NCBI GenBank assembly: GCA_963815195.1
Contig: CAWFGE010000006.1
Span: forward strand, 1 to 64,000
Direction: 5' to 3'
DNA length: 64,000 bases
Source of the DNA: an uncultured Planctomycetaceae bacterium
GTDB taxonomy: Bacteria > Planctomycetota > Planctomycetia > Planctomycetales > Planctomycetaceae
The notes beneath the pieces were generated by a model. The model worked only from the letters and a program-made list of their open reading frames with translations, had not been told where the DNA came from and did no database searches. Shown piece after piece: positions 1 to 9,929 of the stretch. Position numbers and translations under genes: made by a program. How positions within the stretch are numbered: position 1 is the stretch's first letter; the number at the start of each line of letters is the position of its first letter.

Positions 1-1370
1 TGGACCCCATTCTTTGGACAGCAAACGGGGTTGTTTAGTGGTGTGAGTCAGCGGCAGACGAGGCCCCTCATAGGCCTCGTCGTCTGCCGCCGATGACAAG
101 GGGCCCGGGACGAGACCTCACCAGTTCCCTCCCGGTTTTGCGCGAAACTTGTTTTCATTTTTCGTCCATCACTTTGTGCAGGCTTCAATCTTTTCCTTCG
201 TAGATCATCGCCGGCGTTTGATAACCCAGCGACTGATGAATCCGTTCCTCACAATAGAACTCAAAGTAACTCTGCAGGCTTCTCTCGGCCTCCCAACCAT
301 CCGTGTAATCCTTCAAGTAAACCTCTTCGTATTTCACGCTCCGCCACAGCCGCTCGATGAATACGTTGTCCAAGCACCGTCCTTTTCCATCCATACTGAT
401 CGCGACATTCAATCGTTCCAATCGCTCGGTGAACTTGATCGCCGTGAATTGGCTGCCCTGGTCGCTGTTGAAGACCTCCGGCCGCGAGATCGACAAGGCT
501 TCGTCCAACGCCTCCAAGCAAAAACTCCCCTCCAACGTGTTCGACAATCGCCAACTCAACACGTAGCGACTGAACCAGTCCATCACCGCCACGAGATACA
601 AAAACCCGTGGCGAAGCGGGATGTAAGTGATGTCGCTCGACCACACCTGGTTGGGCCGGAGAACCTCCACATTCCGCAGTAAATAAGGGTAAATCTTGTG
701 TCCGCGCCCCCGGTTTGGTCGTGCGGCGTTTCGGTCCAACCGCTTCGATTCCCATCTGCCGCATCAGCCGCTGCACTCGCTTGCGATTCACGCCGAACAA
801 CTCGGCCATCTTGCGAGAACCATAAAACGGATGCCGCGTGTATTCCTCGTCGATTCGCCGCATCAGTTCCAAATTTTCCGCGGTCTCGCCGCCAGGTTCG
901 TAGTACCAACTGCTCCGCGCCAATCCCAACAGATCGCACTGACGCGACACGCTCAACGTGGAATGCTTCGGTTCGATCCATGCCCGCAAAACCTCGTGGC
1001 TTAATCCAGCGTCAGCGACTTTTTTTTGAGCCACTCGACTTCCATTTTCAGCCGGCCGATTTGTTCATAGAGTTCTTGCTCATTGGCCGATTGATCGTCG
1101 GATCGCTTACGTCGGCCATCCGTGAACAACTCAGTGGCTCCCGACAACAACTGCTTTTTCCAAGCCGTGACTTGGCTCGTGTGGACGCCAAATTCCGACG
1201 CCAACTGAGCCGTCGTCCTATCCCCTTTGACCGCCGCCAACGCCACCTTGGCTTTGAACGCGGACCCCAAAACTCGACGCTTCCTGGTCATAATCGGAAC
1301 CTCCCAATGCGACAAATGAACATCGCAAATTCTACCTTATTGGGCTGTCCAGTTTTCGGGGTCCACCACA
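1..1370 (-). mobile_element. IS3-family insertion sequence, copy 1 (the outer ~5 bp of IRR fall outside the window)
   Basis: IRL TGTGGTGGACCCCGAAAACTGGACAGC (reverse complement ending at 1370) and IRR remnant TGGACCCCATTCTTTGGACAGC at 1. Near-identical inverted copy of 2354-3727. Confidence 0.95.
185..1291 (-). CDS. IS3 transposase OrfA/OrfB, with an extra +1 C at ~707-711 splitting OrfB
   Basis: HTH OrfA (KAKVALAAVKGDRTTAQLASEFGVH), A8G slippery site and DDE motifs WSSDITY, NSDQGSQF, ERLWRSVKYE. The C5 run here is G4 in copy 2. Confidence 0.9.
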
Positions 1371-1567
1371 ATCCTGGCTTCCCGCATTCGGAACTCTTCG
1401 GTAATATGGATGTATATAAAATTAGACAAGGGTTTCTATTAATTGGATTTGTTCAAAACTTGAGGAGGTTAAAGAGCTATGAAAATTTCTCAAAAGATCA
1501 GTCGAAACCGCTAATCATATCCAAGGGTGGCACTAACAATGGCTGTTAGTATTATATCAGCATTGGA

Positions 1568-1987
1568 TTGGGCCTGGCCGCGTGCCGAGCGGGTTATAAG
1601 ACCAAGTTCTTCACCGCCGCGGCTTTGGTGAATCGCCTGGAAGAAGCTCAGAAACATTACACCTTGGAGCGGTTGTTGAACCAACTCGACAAGCTGGATT
1701 TGTTGATCGTGGATGAACTGGGTTACTTGTCGTTCAACCGGTCGGGAGCAGAGTTGTTGTTCCAGGTCTTCGCGGATCGCTACGAACGCAAGAGCCTGCT
1801 GATCACGAGCAACCTGGCCTTTAGCGATTGGGGGCAAATCTTCCAAGGCGAACGCATGACCGCGGCATTACTGGACCGCATCACGCACCATTGCCACATC
1901 TTCGAGATGAACGGCGAAAGCTACCGCTTCAAACAGTCGATGAAAGACAAAAAAGCGTCCGAAAACAAGAAGCCGAAAACCCGCTAA
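1568..1987 (+). pseudogene. istB: IS21-family IstB ATPase, C-terminal fragment lacking Walker A
   Basis: LLIVDELGY (Walker B), ITSNLAFSDW, AALLDRITHHC and NGESYR motifs. The 5' part is replaced by AT-rich DNA. Confidence 0.9.
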
Positions 1988-2052
1988 GTCGGCTCCGACG
2001 ACGCCCGTCTTTCCTTCCCAACCTGCCCCATTCCACATCATTCCCCACCCCA

Positions 2053-2102
2053 GGTGGGTCCCATTTCCACCGAAGTGGGTCCCAATTGCACGCCGCCTGC
2101 CA
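2053..2102 (+). repeat. Probable IS21 right end with repeated transposase-binding motifs
   Basis: GTGGGTCCCA repeated at 2054 and 2075 downstream of istB, terminating in ...GCCTGCCA. Confidence 0.6.
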
Positions 2103-2353
2103 GTGCGAAGCGAGAATAGCCATTCCAGGTTTCTGAAACGTGTCCTTATTCCATGCTTGATTGAAATCGACTGGCAGCTAAGATGCCAGTAGAACCCACG
2201 CTTGTATCGATTTTCGTCCCCTAGAAAATACCGATCATTTGGACATTTCCAAACGTCTTTGGACCGTCGGTTTGGAACGAAATCGTAAGCAACTGCCAGT
2301 GTAGGATTGATAGACTTAGTATCGTTATCGAACGTGGGTGGAATCCAGCGATG

Positions 2354-3727
2354 TGTGGTGGACCCCGAAAACTGGACAGCCCAATAAGGTAGAATTTGCG
2401 ATGTTCATTTGTCGCATTGGGAGGTTCCGATTATGACCAGGAAGCGTCGAGTTTTGGGGTCCGCGTTCAAAGCCAAGGTGGCGTTGGCGGCGGTCAAAGG
2501 GGATAGGACGACGGCTCAGTTGGCGTCGGAATTTGGCGTCCACACGAGCCAAGTCACGGCTTGGAAAAAGCAGTTGTTGTCGGGAGCCACTGAGTTGTTC
2601 ACGGATGGCCGACGTAAGCGATCCGACGATCAATCGGCCAATGAGCAAGAACTCTATGAACAAATCGGCCGGCTGAAAATGGAAGTCGAGTGGCTCAAAA
2701 AAAAGTCGCTGACGCTGGATTAAGCCACGAGGTTTTGCGGGCATGGATCGAACCGAAGCATTCCACGTTGAGCGTGTCGCGTCAGTGCGATCTGTTGGGA
2801 TTGGCGCGGAGCAGTTGGTACTACGAACCTGGCGGCGAGACCGCGGAAAATTTGGAACTGATGCGGCGAATCGACGAGGAATACACGCGGCATCCGTTTT
2901 ATGGTTCTCGCAAGATGGCCGAGTTGTTCGGCGTGAATCGCAAGCGAGTGCAGCGGCTGATGCGGCAGATGGGAATCGAAGCGGTTGGACCGAAACGCCG
3001 CACGACCAAACCGGGGCGCGGACACAAGATTTACCCTTATTTACTGCGGAATGTGGAGGTTCTCCGGCCCAACCAGGTGTGGTCAAGCGACATCACTTAC
3101 ATCCCGCTTCGCCACGGGTTTTTGTATCTCGTGGCAGTGATGGACTGGTTCAGTCGCTACGTGTTGAGTTGGCGATTGTCGAACACGTTGGAGGGGAGTT
3201 TTTGCTTGGAGGCGTTGGACGAAGCCTTGTCGATCTCGCGGCCGGAGGTCTTCAACAGCGACCAGGGCAGCCAATTCACGGCGATCAAGTTCACCGAGCG
3301 ATTGGAACGATTGAATGTCGCGATCAGTATGGATGGAAAAGGACGGTGCTTGGACAACGTATTCATCGAGCGGCTGTGGCGGAGCGTGAAATACGAAGAG
3401 GTTTACTTGAAGGATTACACGGATGGTTGGGAGGCCGAGAGAAGCCTGCAGAGTTACTTTGAGTTCTATTGTGAGGAACGGATTCATCAGTCGCTGGGTT
3501 ATCAAACGCCGGCGATGATCTACGAAGGAAAAGATTGAAGCCTGCACAAAGTGATGGACGAAAAATGAAAACAAGTTTCGCGCAAAACCGGGAGGGAACT
3601 GGTGAGGTCTCGTCCCGGGCCCCTTGTCATCGGCGGCAGACGACGAGGCCTATGAGGGGCCTCGTCTGCCGCTGACTCACACCACTAAACAACCCCGTTT
3701 GCTGTCCAAAGAATGGGGTCCACCTCA
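2354..3727 (+). mobile_element. IS3-family insertion sequence, copy 2 (intact, 1374 bp)
   Basis: TG...CA ends with imperfect IRs TGTGGTGGACCCCGAAAACTGGACAGC / GCTGTCCAAAGAATGGGGTCCACCTCA. Confidence 0.95.
2433..3538 (+). CDS. IS3 transposase OrfAB, joined by a -1 programmed frameshift at AAAAAAAAG (2697-2705)
   Basis: OrfA 2433-2723 overlaps OrfB 2690-3538, which carries a DDE integrase core. Confidence 0.93.
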
Positions 3728-4477
3728 GCCGTCGCCGTGATCCACCAGGCCCTTGACGAGGGCGTCAACTATTTTGATTCGGCCCCTGCGTACGCGGGCT
3801 GCCTCGACTACTTGGGAGAAGGGGTGTCTGGTCGCCGTGAAGGAATCTTCCTGGCTTCCAAGACACACGACCGAACGCGGGACGGGTCACTTCGGCTCTT
3901 GGATCAGACGCTCCAGCGGCTGCGGACGGATCATCTCGATCTGTGGCAGCTTCACGACCTACGAACCCCTCAGCAACTTGACCAAGTGTTCGGCCCTGGT
4001 GGGGCGATGGAAGCATTGCTTGAAGCCCGTGAGGACGGGCGAGTGCGGTTTCTCGGTATCACCGGCCACCACGATCCCGAGATTCTGAATAAGGCGATGC
4101 GGCGGTTCGACTTCGACACGGTGCTGGTCGCTCTCAATGCAGCCGACCGTCACCGGCTTTCTTTCATCGAGACGACTCTGCCCGAAACCCGCCGCCGCGG
4201 CCTGGGAGTGATCGCCATGAAGGTGTTGGCGCAGGGAGCAATGATTCAGGCGGGGCTCACCGCAGAGGAGAACTTCGGTTACTGCCTGTCCTTGGACGGC
4301 GTCCACACGGCGATCATCGGCTGCCGCACCCCGGACGAGGTCCAAGAAAACGCCCGTATCGCCCGTGGCTTTGCTGTCTTCGATGAGGCACGGATGCGGA
4401 AGTTGGAGCAGCGGACGAACCCGTTCGCGGCCCAACTCGCCGCTTACAAGAAGTCCCCGTTGATCTCGCTCGAATAG
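3713..4477 (+). pseudogene. Aldo/keto reductase, 5'-truncated by the IS3 insertion
   Basis: GVNYFDSAPAY, FLASKT, DLWQLHD, RFLGITGH and GVIAMK motifs. The N-terminal GxG segment is missing and the only upstream ATG lies inside the IS IRR. Confidence 0.85.
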
Positions 4478-4659
4478 TTGTCGGGGGACGGGATGACCGG
4501 CTTACTTCAACGGGCTCGAACGAGAGATACCCGAAACCCGCCGTCCTTGGTCCTTCCCAAAGGCACGTACCCGGAGCGGACTCGGGATTGGCAGTTCCAG
4601 TTCCTACCACGCAACACGTGGGACGAGTATCTTGATTCCCGTGCGGTCGAGATCGCGGC

Positions 4660-5163
4660 CTATAGCAACAACGCCGACAAGGTGTCGGTATCCTCCCGGT
4701 TCCGCAAACAGAGGACAACCTCCTTGATCGGCGGAAAGGAGCGTTCCATCACGGGGCGAATGCCCGCGGCGAAGTCATCGAGCGAGAGTCGACCGTACCC
4801 CGTGGCAATCGCAGCCAAGGTGACTTTGGAAGAGGACAGCTCCGCAGCCATTTGCAGGGCTTTCGTCGCCACGGCGGTGACGACTTCCGCGGACGTGTCG
4901 TAAAACGCATCCACACCCACCGCATGCAGAACCGCTTTGTAAGGACTGCCGCAGGGCGGCATGGAAACCACCTCGCCGCGGGGAACCCATCTCAGGTTGT
5001 TGGCCGATAAGTATCCGTGCAACTCCCGCTGCATGGCATCCCCGTAACGGAGCAGAAACGCCCCGCCCACACCGCCTGATAAGTTGAGGTAGGGATTCGC
5101 CGAGCAGACAAGCACGTCGGCGGGCTCATCCAGGATGTCGCAGTGCTTTACGGTCCACTTCAT
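4660..5163 (-). CDS. Macro domain (ADP-ribose binding/hydrolase) protein
   Basis: CDILDEPADVLVCSANPYLNLSGGVGGA, VLHAVG and AIATGYG macrodomain motifs. ATGA overlap with the upstream ORF. Confidence 0.85.
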   Translation of the reverse strand: MKWTVKHCDILDEPADVLVCSANPYLNLSGGVGGAFLLRYGDAMQRELHGYLSANNLRWVPRGEVVSMPPCGSPYKAVLHAVGVDAFYDTSAEVVTAVATKALQMAAELSSSKVTLAAIATGYGRLSLDDFAAGIRPVMERSFPPIKEVVLCLRNREDTDTLSALLL

Positions 5164-6617
5164 GGTGCGTGTTCCCCAGGTGCTGAACTCTCGTCTGAAG
5201 GCGATCCCTCGACTTGCTCTTCTTCTGTTGGTGATTTTTCTCCGCTCTGCTCCTCCTTCTCTTCTCCTAACAGCTCGCGAAGCCGGTCCTTCTGTGGATT
5301 GGTCAACGGGGAATCAGCAGAGTCATTGGAGAGGAGCATAATCCAAAACTCCCGCTGATCGACAAGAATCGGCGAGTCATTCGGGAGTTGTTCCAGAATC
5401 GCGAGGTGGCGGTCCCACTCTTCTTGCTCCAAGAATCGCCAGTAGTTTTGATAGCCATAGCCGCGACCGATCCGGTGCTCGAACTTCTCCCAATACAGTT
5501 CTTCGACCCAAGGCCTGGTTTCCGTTGCGATGAGGGCTTCCAACACCTCCAGCAGTTCGGGCTTGGTTTCCCCGTAACCGACTCGCGGCGGCGGGTCCCA
5601 GGCGGTAAGAAGATCCTCGCGCGGCACGACCAGTTCCTCTGGGCGGTGCGGCTCGCCTTCCATGGGATGCTGGAGCGCATTTAGCACGCGTTCCCAGACC
5701 ACTTCGGGCACTGGCTCCTCTTCCACTACGGACATGACCAACATCTTTTGATCGTCGATATTCGCCACGGCGACAATCCAGATGGGCCACTCCCTGGGGG
5801 ACTCGCTGTCGAGCCGCTTCAGACCCAGCTGCCAGGTGACGGCGCGCTGTGGGAGCCGACGCAATCGCTGCTTGGGAAAATCCATTTTGCGTTCGGTGGA
5901 CCACTGGTGAATGGGGATCCTCAGTACCTGTCTGGCCCAAGTCGCAGCACCGGGCGTGGAACGCCAAGCGGGCAAGAAGAGTTGCGCATAACTGTGGGTG
6001 ACTTCGTCGAGGGGGCCATCGAAGCAGATCGGCCGCTCCGCATACACAACCTGTTCCCCAAAGAGATAATCGGTGAAACCCGGCAGAGAACCGTACGCGC
6101 TTTGGAGGCAGGTTTGGGCGGCTTCCGAATCCCCTTCGAGCCGGAATGCCAGCAGGGCCTGGATGTAGAGCCACGCCCCCGAAAGGTCGTTGAACCGTTC
6201 CAGCAGTACTTTCAACTCGTCCTGCCGATTGAGGTCCAGCAAACAGCGGGCCAGCCAATACCGGGCAAATTGGGAATCGCCCGCGTCCCGCTCAAGCAAC
6301 TCGTCAAATCGCTGGGCCGCTTCCTCAGGCTGATCGAGCCGCTGCAAGCTCCTCCCCGCGCCGAACAGGGCTTCCAGATAGGCTTGCGTTTCGGTGTTCT
6401 CCTCCGGTTTCACGGGGTCGCCTTTTAGAATCCTCGATGCGAATGACTCCTTTGCGGCGTTCAACGCCTCTTCGTATAACACCAGGGCGTTTCGAGGATC
6501 AGTCGCTTGGCGGGCCATCGCAAGGCTTCGAAGAAGCGAGTGACGTTTCCGGTCTTGGGACGGGGACACCGGATTCCGTCGTTTTTGTTTTGATTTCTCG
6601 GGCTTTCGACGGGCCAT
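5160..6617 (-). CDS. TPR-containing hypothetical protein, possibly chimeric
   Basis: 485-aa ORF with TPR-like helices (EEAAQRFDELLERD..ARYWLARCLLDL) and an acidic tail. Confidence 0.6.
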   Translation of the reverse strand: MARRKPEKSKQKRRNPVSPSQDRKRHSLLRSLAMARQATDPRNALVLYEEALNAAKESFASRILKGDPVKPEENTETQAYLEALFGAGRSLQRLDQPEEAAQRFDELLERDAGDSQFARYWLARCLLDLNRQDELKVLLERFNDLSGAWLYIQALLAFRLEGDSEAAQTCLQSAYGSLPGFTDYLFGEQVVYAERPICFDGPLDEVTHSYAQLFLPAWRSTPGAATWARQVLRIPIHQWSTERKMDFPKQRLRRLPQRAVTWQLGLKRLDSESPREWPIWIVAVANIDDQKMLVMSVVEEEPVPEVVWERVLNALQHPMEGEPHRPEELVVPREDLLTAWDPPPRVGYGETKPELLEVLEALIATETRPWVEELYWEKFEHRIGRGYGYQNYWRFLEQEEWDRHLAILEQLPNDSPILVDQREFWIMLLSNDSADSPLTNPQKDRLRELLGEEKEEQSGEKSPTEEEQVEGSPSDESSAPGEHAP

Positions 6618-6626
6618 TGCGACACC

Positions 6627-7007
6627 TCAATCTTGGGCCGATGAGGGCGTCCGGGCCTCGGCGCAAAGGCGGATCTCGCCGTCCTTGCGGTACAGCTCGT
6701 ACTCGCCGATGACCCGGTCATCATCGCCAAAAAGCGTTCGCTTACGATCGATCAGCGCCTCGACGATGCCTCGTAATTGCACGTCGCCTGCGATCGATGA
6801 TCGCAGCAGATTCAGTGAATTGTCCGTCTTGCCGACGTCAGTGAACACGACCGCGTTCCACACCGTCCAGGCAATCATCAGCGGTGGCCCCATTTGATCC
6901 TCAAGAGCATCCGGCCCGAGCGCGTCGAGCAATGGCTCCGCGAACTCGAAAAACGTGACTGAAATTTTGCGGTCTGGAAAATTTAATTTTGACTTCCTCG
7001 TGGCCAT
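6627..7007 (-). CDS. Hypothetical protein
   Basis: Protein-like ORF (KISVTFFEFAEPLL...IAWTVWNAVV), co-oriented with its neighbours. Confidence 0.6.
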   Translation of the reverse strand: MATRKSKLNFPDRKISVTFFEFAEPLLDALGPDALEDQMGPPLMIAWTVWNAVVFTDVGKTDNSLNLLRSSIAGDVQLRGIVEALIDRKRTLFGDDDRVIGEYELYRKDGEIRLCAEARTPSSAQD

Positions 7008-7008
7008 G

Positions 7009-7110
7009 TCACCACCGATTTCTCTGGGCAAGATCCTGGTCCTCGGCGGGCGGTGCGGGCACCAGAGATTTGAATATCACGATCAACTCAGGCGTATCCG
7101 TGTCCATCAT
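7009..7110 (-). pseudogene. 33-aa remnant resembling the C-terminus of a HEPN/DUF86 toxin
   Basis: MMDTDTPELIVIFKSLVPAPP... starts with an ATGA overlap on the restored MNT stop codon. Confidence 0.4.
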
Positions 7111-7432
7111 TCTTGTTTGTCGTAAATTACCTGTCTGGTTTCAACGATCCGCCCCCGTCGAAACGGTTCCGCAGACCCTCCTTCTCGACGAGATCCACCG
7201 GGCGGCCAACCAATTCAGCCAGTTCATCCTGCATCGCGATCAGATCCCAAAGGCTCCAGGGAGCATCTTCGTCGAACGAGACCAGCACGTCCACATCGCT
7301 ATCGGGACCGAAGTCGTCTCGCAGTACCGAGCCAAAGAGTGACAACTCGCGCACCTTCCACCTTTGGCAGAACGCCTCCAGGACGTCCGGTGGGATCGTG
7401 ATTTTGGGAAGGGCCGTCATGCGATTTGGCAT
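7107..7432 (-). CDS. Minimal nucleotidyltransferase (MntA-type antitoxin) with a 1-nt deletion near 7165
   Basis: LSLFGSVLRDDFGPDSDVDVLV...GRPVDLV. Adding one C restores the typical tail LRNPFRRGRIVETRQVIY. Confidence 0.85.
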
Positions 7433-7460
7433 CCGCCATTGTGGAAGAATTCACACTCCT

Positions 7461-7510
7461 GTTGACCACGTTCCCAAAGGTTCGCACCGGGTTGTCTACG
7501 GGGTCCATAC
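7461..7510. repeat. Partial third copy of the island repeat element
   Basis: CGGGTTGTCTACGGGGTCCATAC (7488-7510) is identical to 9177-9199. Confidence 0.8.
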
Positions 7511-7555
7511 CGAGCAATCAAGGGAAAACGGCGTTAAGTGGCACCCGTCAGTTTA

Positions 7556-8911
7556 TCACTCGGTTGCCCGAGTCATTGGCCAGACCCCTTGCAACCATAT
7601 CAGAGTGGGAGCTTCGTCCTCGGGGCGGGCGGCGAGGTGAAAGGTGTGCCGTTGCCTCTCGCCCGCATCGTCGGGCTCGGCCCGCATCACATGCCCCAGC
7701 AATTCGGCCGGAACTTTGCTTTTTAGTTCTGGAAGATCGTGCTCATTCAGCCGCGAGAGGAATCCGAAGATTGAAACGTCGTTGACGCCTTGGTTGTCAG
7801 TTCGTGTGACGACAAGGTGGCCATTCCAGATGCCGTTCTCGCGTACTTCCTCGACTTGCAGCTTGACCGTTGCCGAGAGCGCAGCTCCGCGAATTGTCGT
7901 CACGTACGTCTTGCCCGGCGCCATCAGCTCCACCAGTCGTGCTTTCTGACGTCCGGCGAGAGCATCGGATTCGGCGGTCATTTTTTCGACGGCGGCAAAG
8001 AACTCGGTGTAGGGGCGGCTCCACTCATTGGCCGACGCCTGGTAGTTTCCGGGATCGACGACGAGCAAGCCCGGCGGCGCGTACTCCGGCGAGACGATCT
8101 GCCGGCTGATCGACGACTTCGGGCGAAGTTGGGTGACTTCGTGAACCCACTTCGAGTCGACCAGGCGGGACTGAATCTTGCCTGTCGCCGTCCACCGCGA
8201 GCCGGTGGCGTGCTCTTTCTCGAGTACCCAGGCTCGCGACGCCAGAAGCTGCTTCCACTGCTGGTCAAGCTTGGATCGTTTCGGCTCGGCAATCTTTTTC
8301 GCGGCAGTCGTCGCACTCGACACGCGTTTGGTGTCCCACTGGATGGCCTTCTGGAGTTCGCTGCTGGTGGCCAGCTTGTACAAATCGGTCAACAATTCCT
8401 GTTCGACCTCGAACGAGATCTCGTGGTGCGTCTCGGTCCTGGGCTTGCGATGGGTGATCCGAACATCGACCAGGCGCGCCTTGATGATTTGTTCGTCCCG
8501 TTCCTTCGCGATCTGCGGCTTTTCGGTTGTTAAGGAGAATTGCCGCGAACCTTGAGTCAATTGCGCCTCGTACCGTGCCGCCGGGTCGTTGCCTGGCGGC
8601 GGTCCTCCCGGTCCAAATCCGGGCGGGCTGCCGAAGGGTCCGGGCGGCATTCCCCCCGGTGGCCCGAAGTTCGGCGGCATGCCCATCCCGGCTCGCGCGG
8701 GATCGGAGGAATGGAGGGATGATGTGACCAGCCGGTCTTGCACGTGATCGCGCACGGCTACGCCGATGTCGTTGTCAGACGGAGCGGATTCGACCGCGGT
8801 ATTTCCGGTGGTCGCTGCGTCGGCCGGAGCAGGGGCGTCCCCTTCTCCGCAGCCGGACAGAACAAAGCCGACACAGACCAACAACGCGGCACACACAAGT
8901 CGTTCTCGCAT
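7556..8911 (-). CDS. Hypothetical lipoprotein with a Pro/Gly-rich linker
   Basis: Signal peptide with lipobox LSGC, followed by PPNFGPPGGMPPGPFG repeats. Confidence 0.7.
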   Translation of the reverse strand: MRERLVCAALLVCVGFVLSGCGEGDAPAPADAATTGNTAVESAPSDNDIGVAVRDHVQDRLVTSSLHSSDPARAGMGMPPNFGPPGGMPPGPFGSPPGFGPGGPPPGNDPAARYEAQLTQGSRQFSLTTEKPQIAKERDEQIIKARLVDVRITHRKPRTETHHEISFEVEQELLTDLYKLATSSELQKAIQWDTKRVSSATTAAKKIAEPKRSKLDQQWKQLLASRAWVLEKEHATGSRWTATGKIQSRLVDSKWVHEVTQLRPKSSISRQIVSPEYAPPGLLVVDPGNYQASANEWSRPYTEFFAAVEKMTAESDALAGRQKARLVELMAPGKTYVTTIRGAALSATVKLQVEEVRENGIWNGHLVVTRTDNQGVNDVSIFGFLSRLNEHDLPELKSKVPAELLGHVMRAEPDDAGERQRHTFHLAARPEDEAPTLIWLQGVWPMTRATE

Positions 8912-9153
8912 TCAAACTGCTCCAGGCTGGCAAGGGAATGGTTGTGAGGCGTCGGGGACCAATGTAGTCGAATGTTCCAGCCGCTTCAACAATCCGCGGC
9001 GGCTGGCGGCTGGCGAAATGGACGAATGGGATCGACTGAGGATTGCCCGCCAGCGAGTCACCGTTTGGGCACTTTTTCAACGGTCCCTTTCGAATGCAGC
9101 ATAATCTTGTCGCATCACGGCGCTCTCCAGCGTCAAAAAAACGTCCCACCTGC

Positions 9154-9458
9154 TAACCAAACTCCAAAGTTCGCAGCGGGTTGTCTACGGGGTCCATACG
9201 CAACTGTGGCGTTAACCAAAATCCCGGCCAAACCAGAGAGCGCGAGAGTTTTGGCGAGATTTGACAGTTGTCAAAGGGCACCCATAGATTCGTTTCGAAC
9301 CAGAGAGTTTCTGGCTCTGTGGCCAATTTACGCCCCTCGACGCAAATCCTTTGGTGGCTTAGAGATTTGCGCTATCGCACAAAAAACGCCGGTCGCTCTC
9401 GCGCCGGCGTTTTGCGTAAACCAGTGGGTAACGGAAGTTCGCTACTGAATATAAGGCT
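9154..9458. repeat. ~305-bp direct repeat, copy A (att-arm-like)
   Basis: Colinear and highly similar to 12565-12870. Contains palindrome TTTGACAGTTGTCAAA, dyad CGCAAATC-N15-GATTTGCG and a terminator-like hairpin. Confidence 0.92.
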
Positions 9459-9591
9459 AAATATCGCCCTGGCTGACCTTAAACCGACTGGCTAACAGTT
9501 ACGCGTTGCAACCTGTTGCTTTACAATGACTTAAGAATTCATGATTTGCGTGATTTGGGCGAACTTGCTGTAAAAAACTGCGGCAACAGGA

Positions 9592-9888
9592 CTACTCCAA
9601 CAGGCCCAAGACCTTGAGATATTTCCCATAGAGATAGCCGATCAAGGCGTCCCAGGATCTGAAATCTTCGGGCACTTGCCCGTATTCCTTGGGCAGGTCG
9701 GTGAGGACCGTCGTTGTGGCTTCCTCGATTCGAGCCATTTCCGTTCCGGTGTTCTTGTGGACTTGCTCGATAATCTTGTCAAAGATCTCCTCGAACTCGG
9801 CTTTGCCGACATGGTCGAGTTTTTCGACCTTCTTCTTCACCCGCCGGATGACTTTCTCGGTCTCGCGGAGTTGCTTACGATTGCTCAT
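9592..9888 (-). CDS. Hypothetical protein (98 aa)
   Basis: Charged helical ORF MSNRKQLRETEK... downstream of the recombinase. Confidence 0.6.
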   Translation of the reverse strand: MSNRKQLRETEKVIRRVKKKVEKLDHVGKAEFEEIFDKIIEQVHKNTGTEMARIEEATTTVLTDLPKEYGQVPEDFRSWDALIGYLYGKYLKVLGLLE

Positions 9889-9929
9889 GCGATCTGGTCC
9901 ATGCGTTCTCGGGGCAAATGGGGCGTTTT

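Noticed and set aside
1371..1567. AT-rich segment with a GAGGAGG-ATG signal
   Set aside because: It opens only an 11-codon frame, so no gene can be supported.
9067..9088. GGGCACTTTTTCAACGGTCCC, resembling an IS end
   Set aside because: It is a single short match with no partner repeat or transposase.
8972..9495. ORFs across the repeat element (also 12359-12907)
   Set aside because: The frames are not preserved between the two copies and the products are not protein-like, so the element is treated as non-coding.
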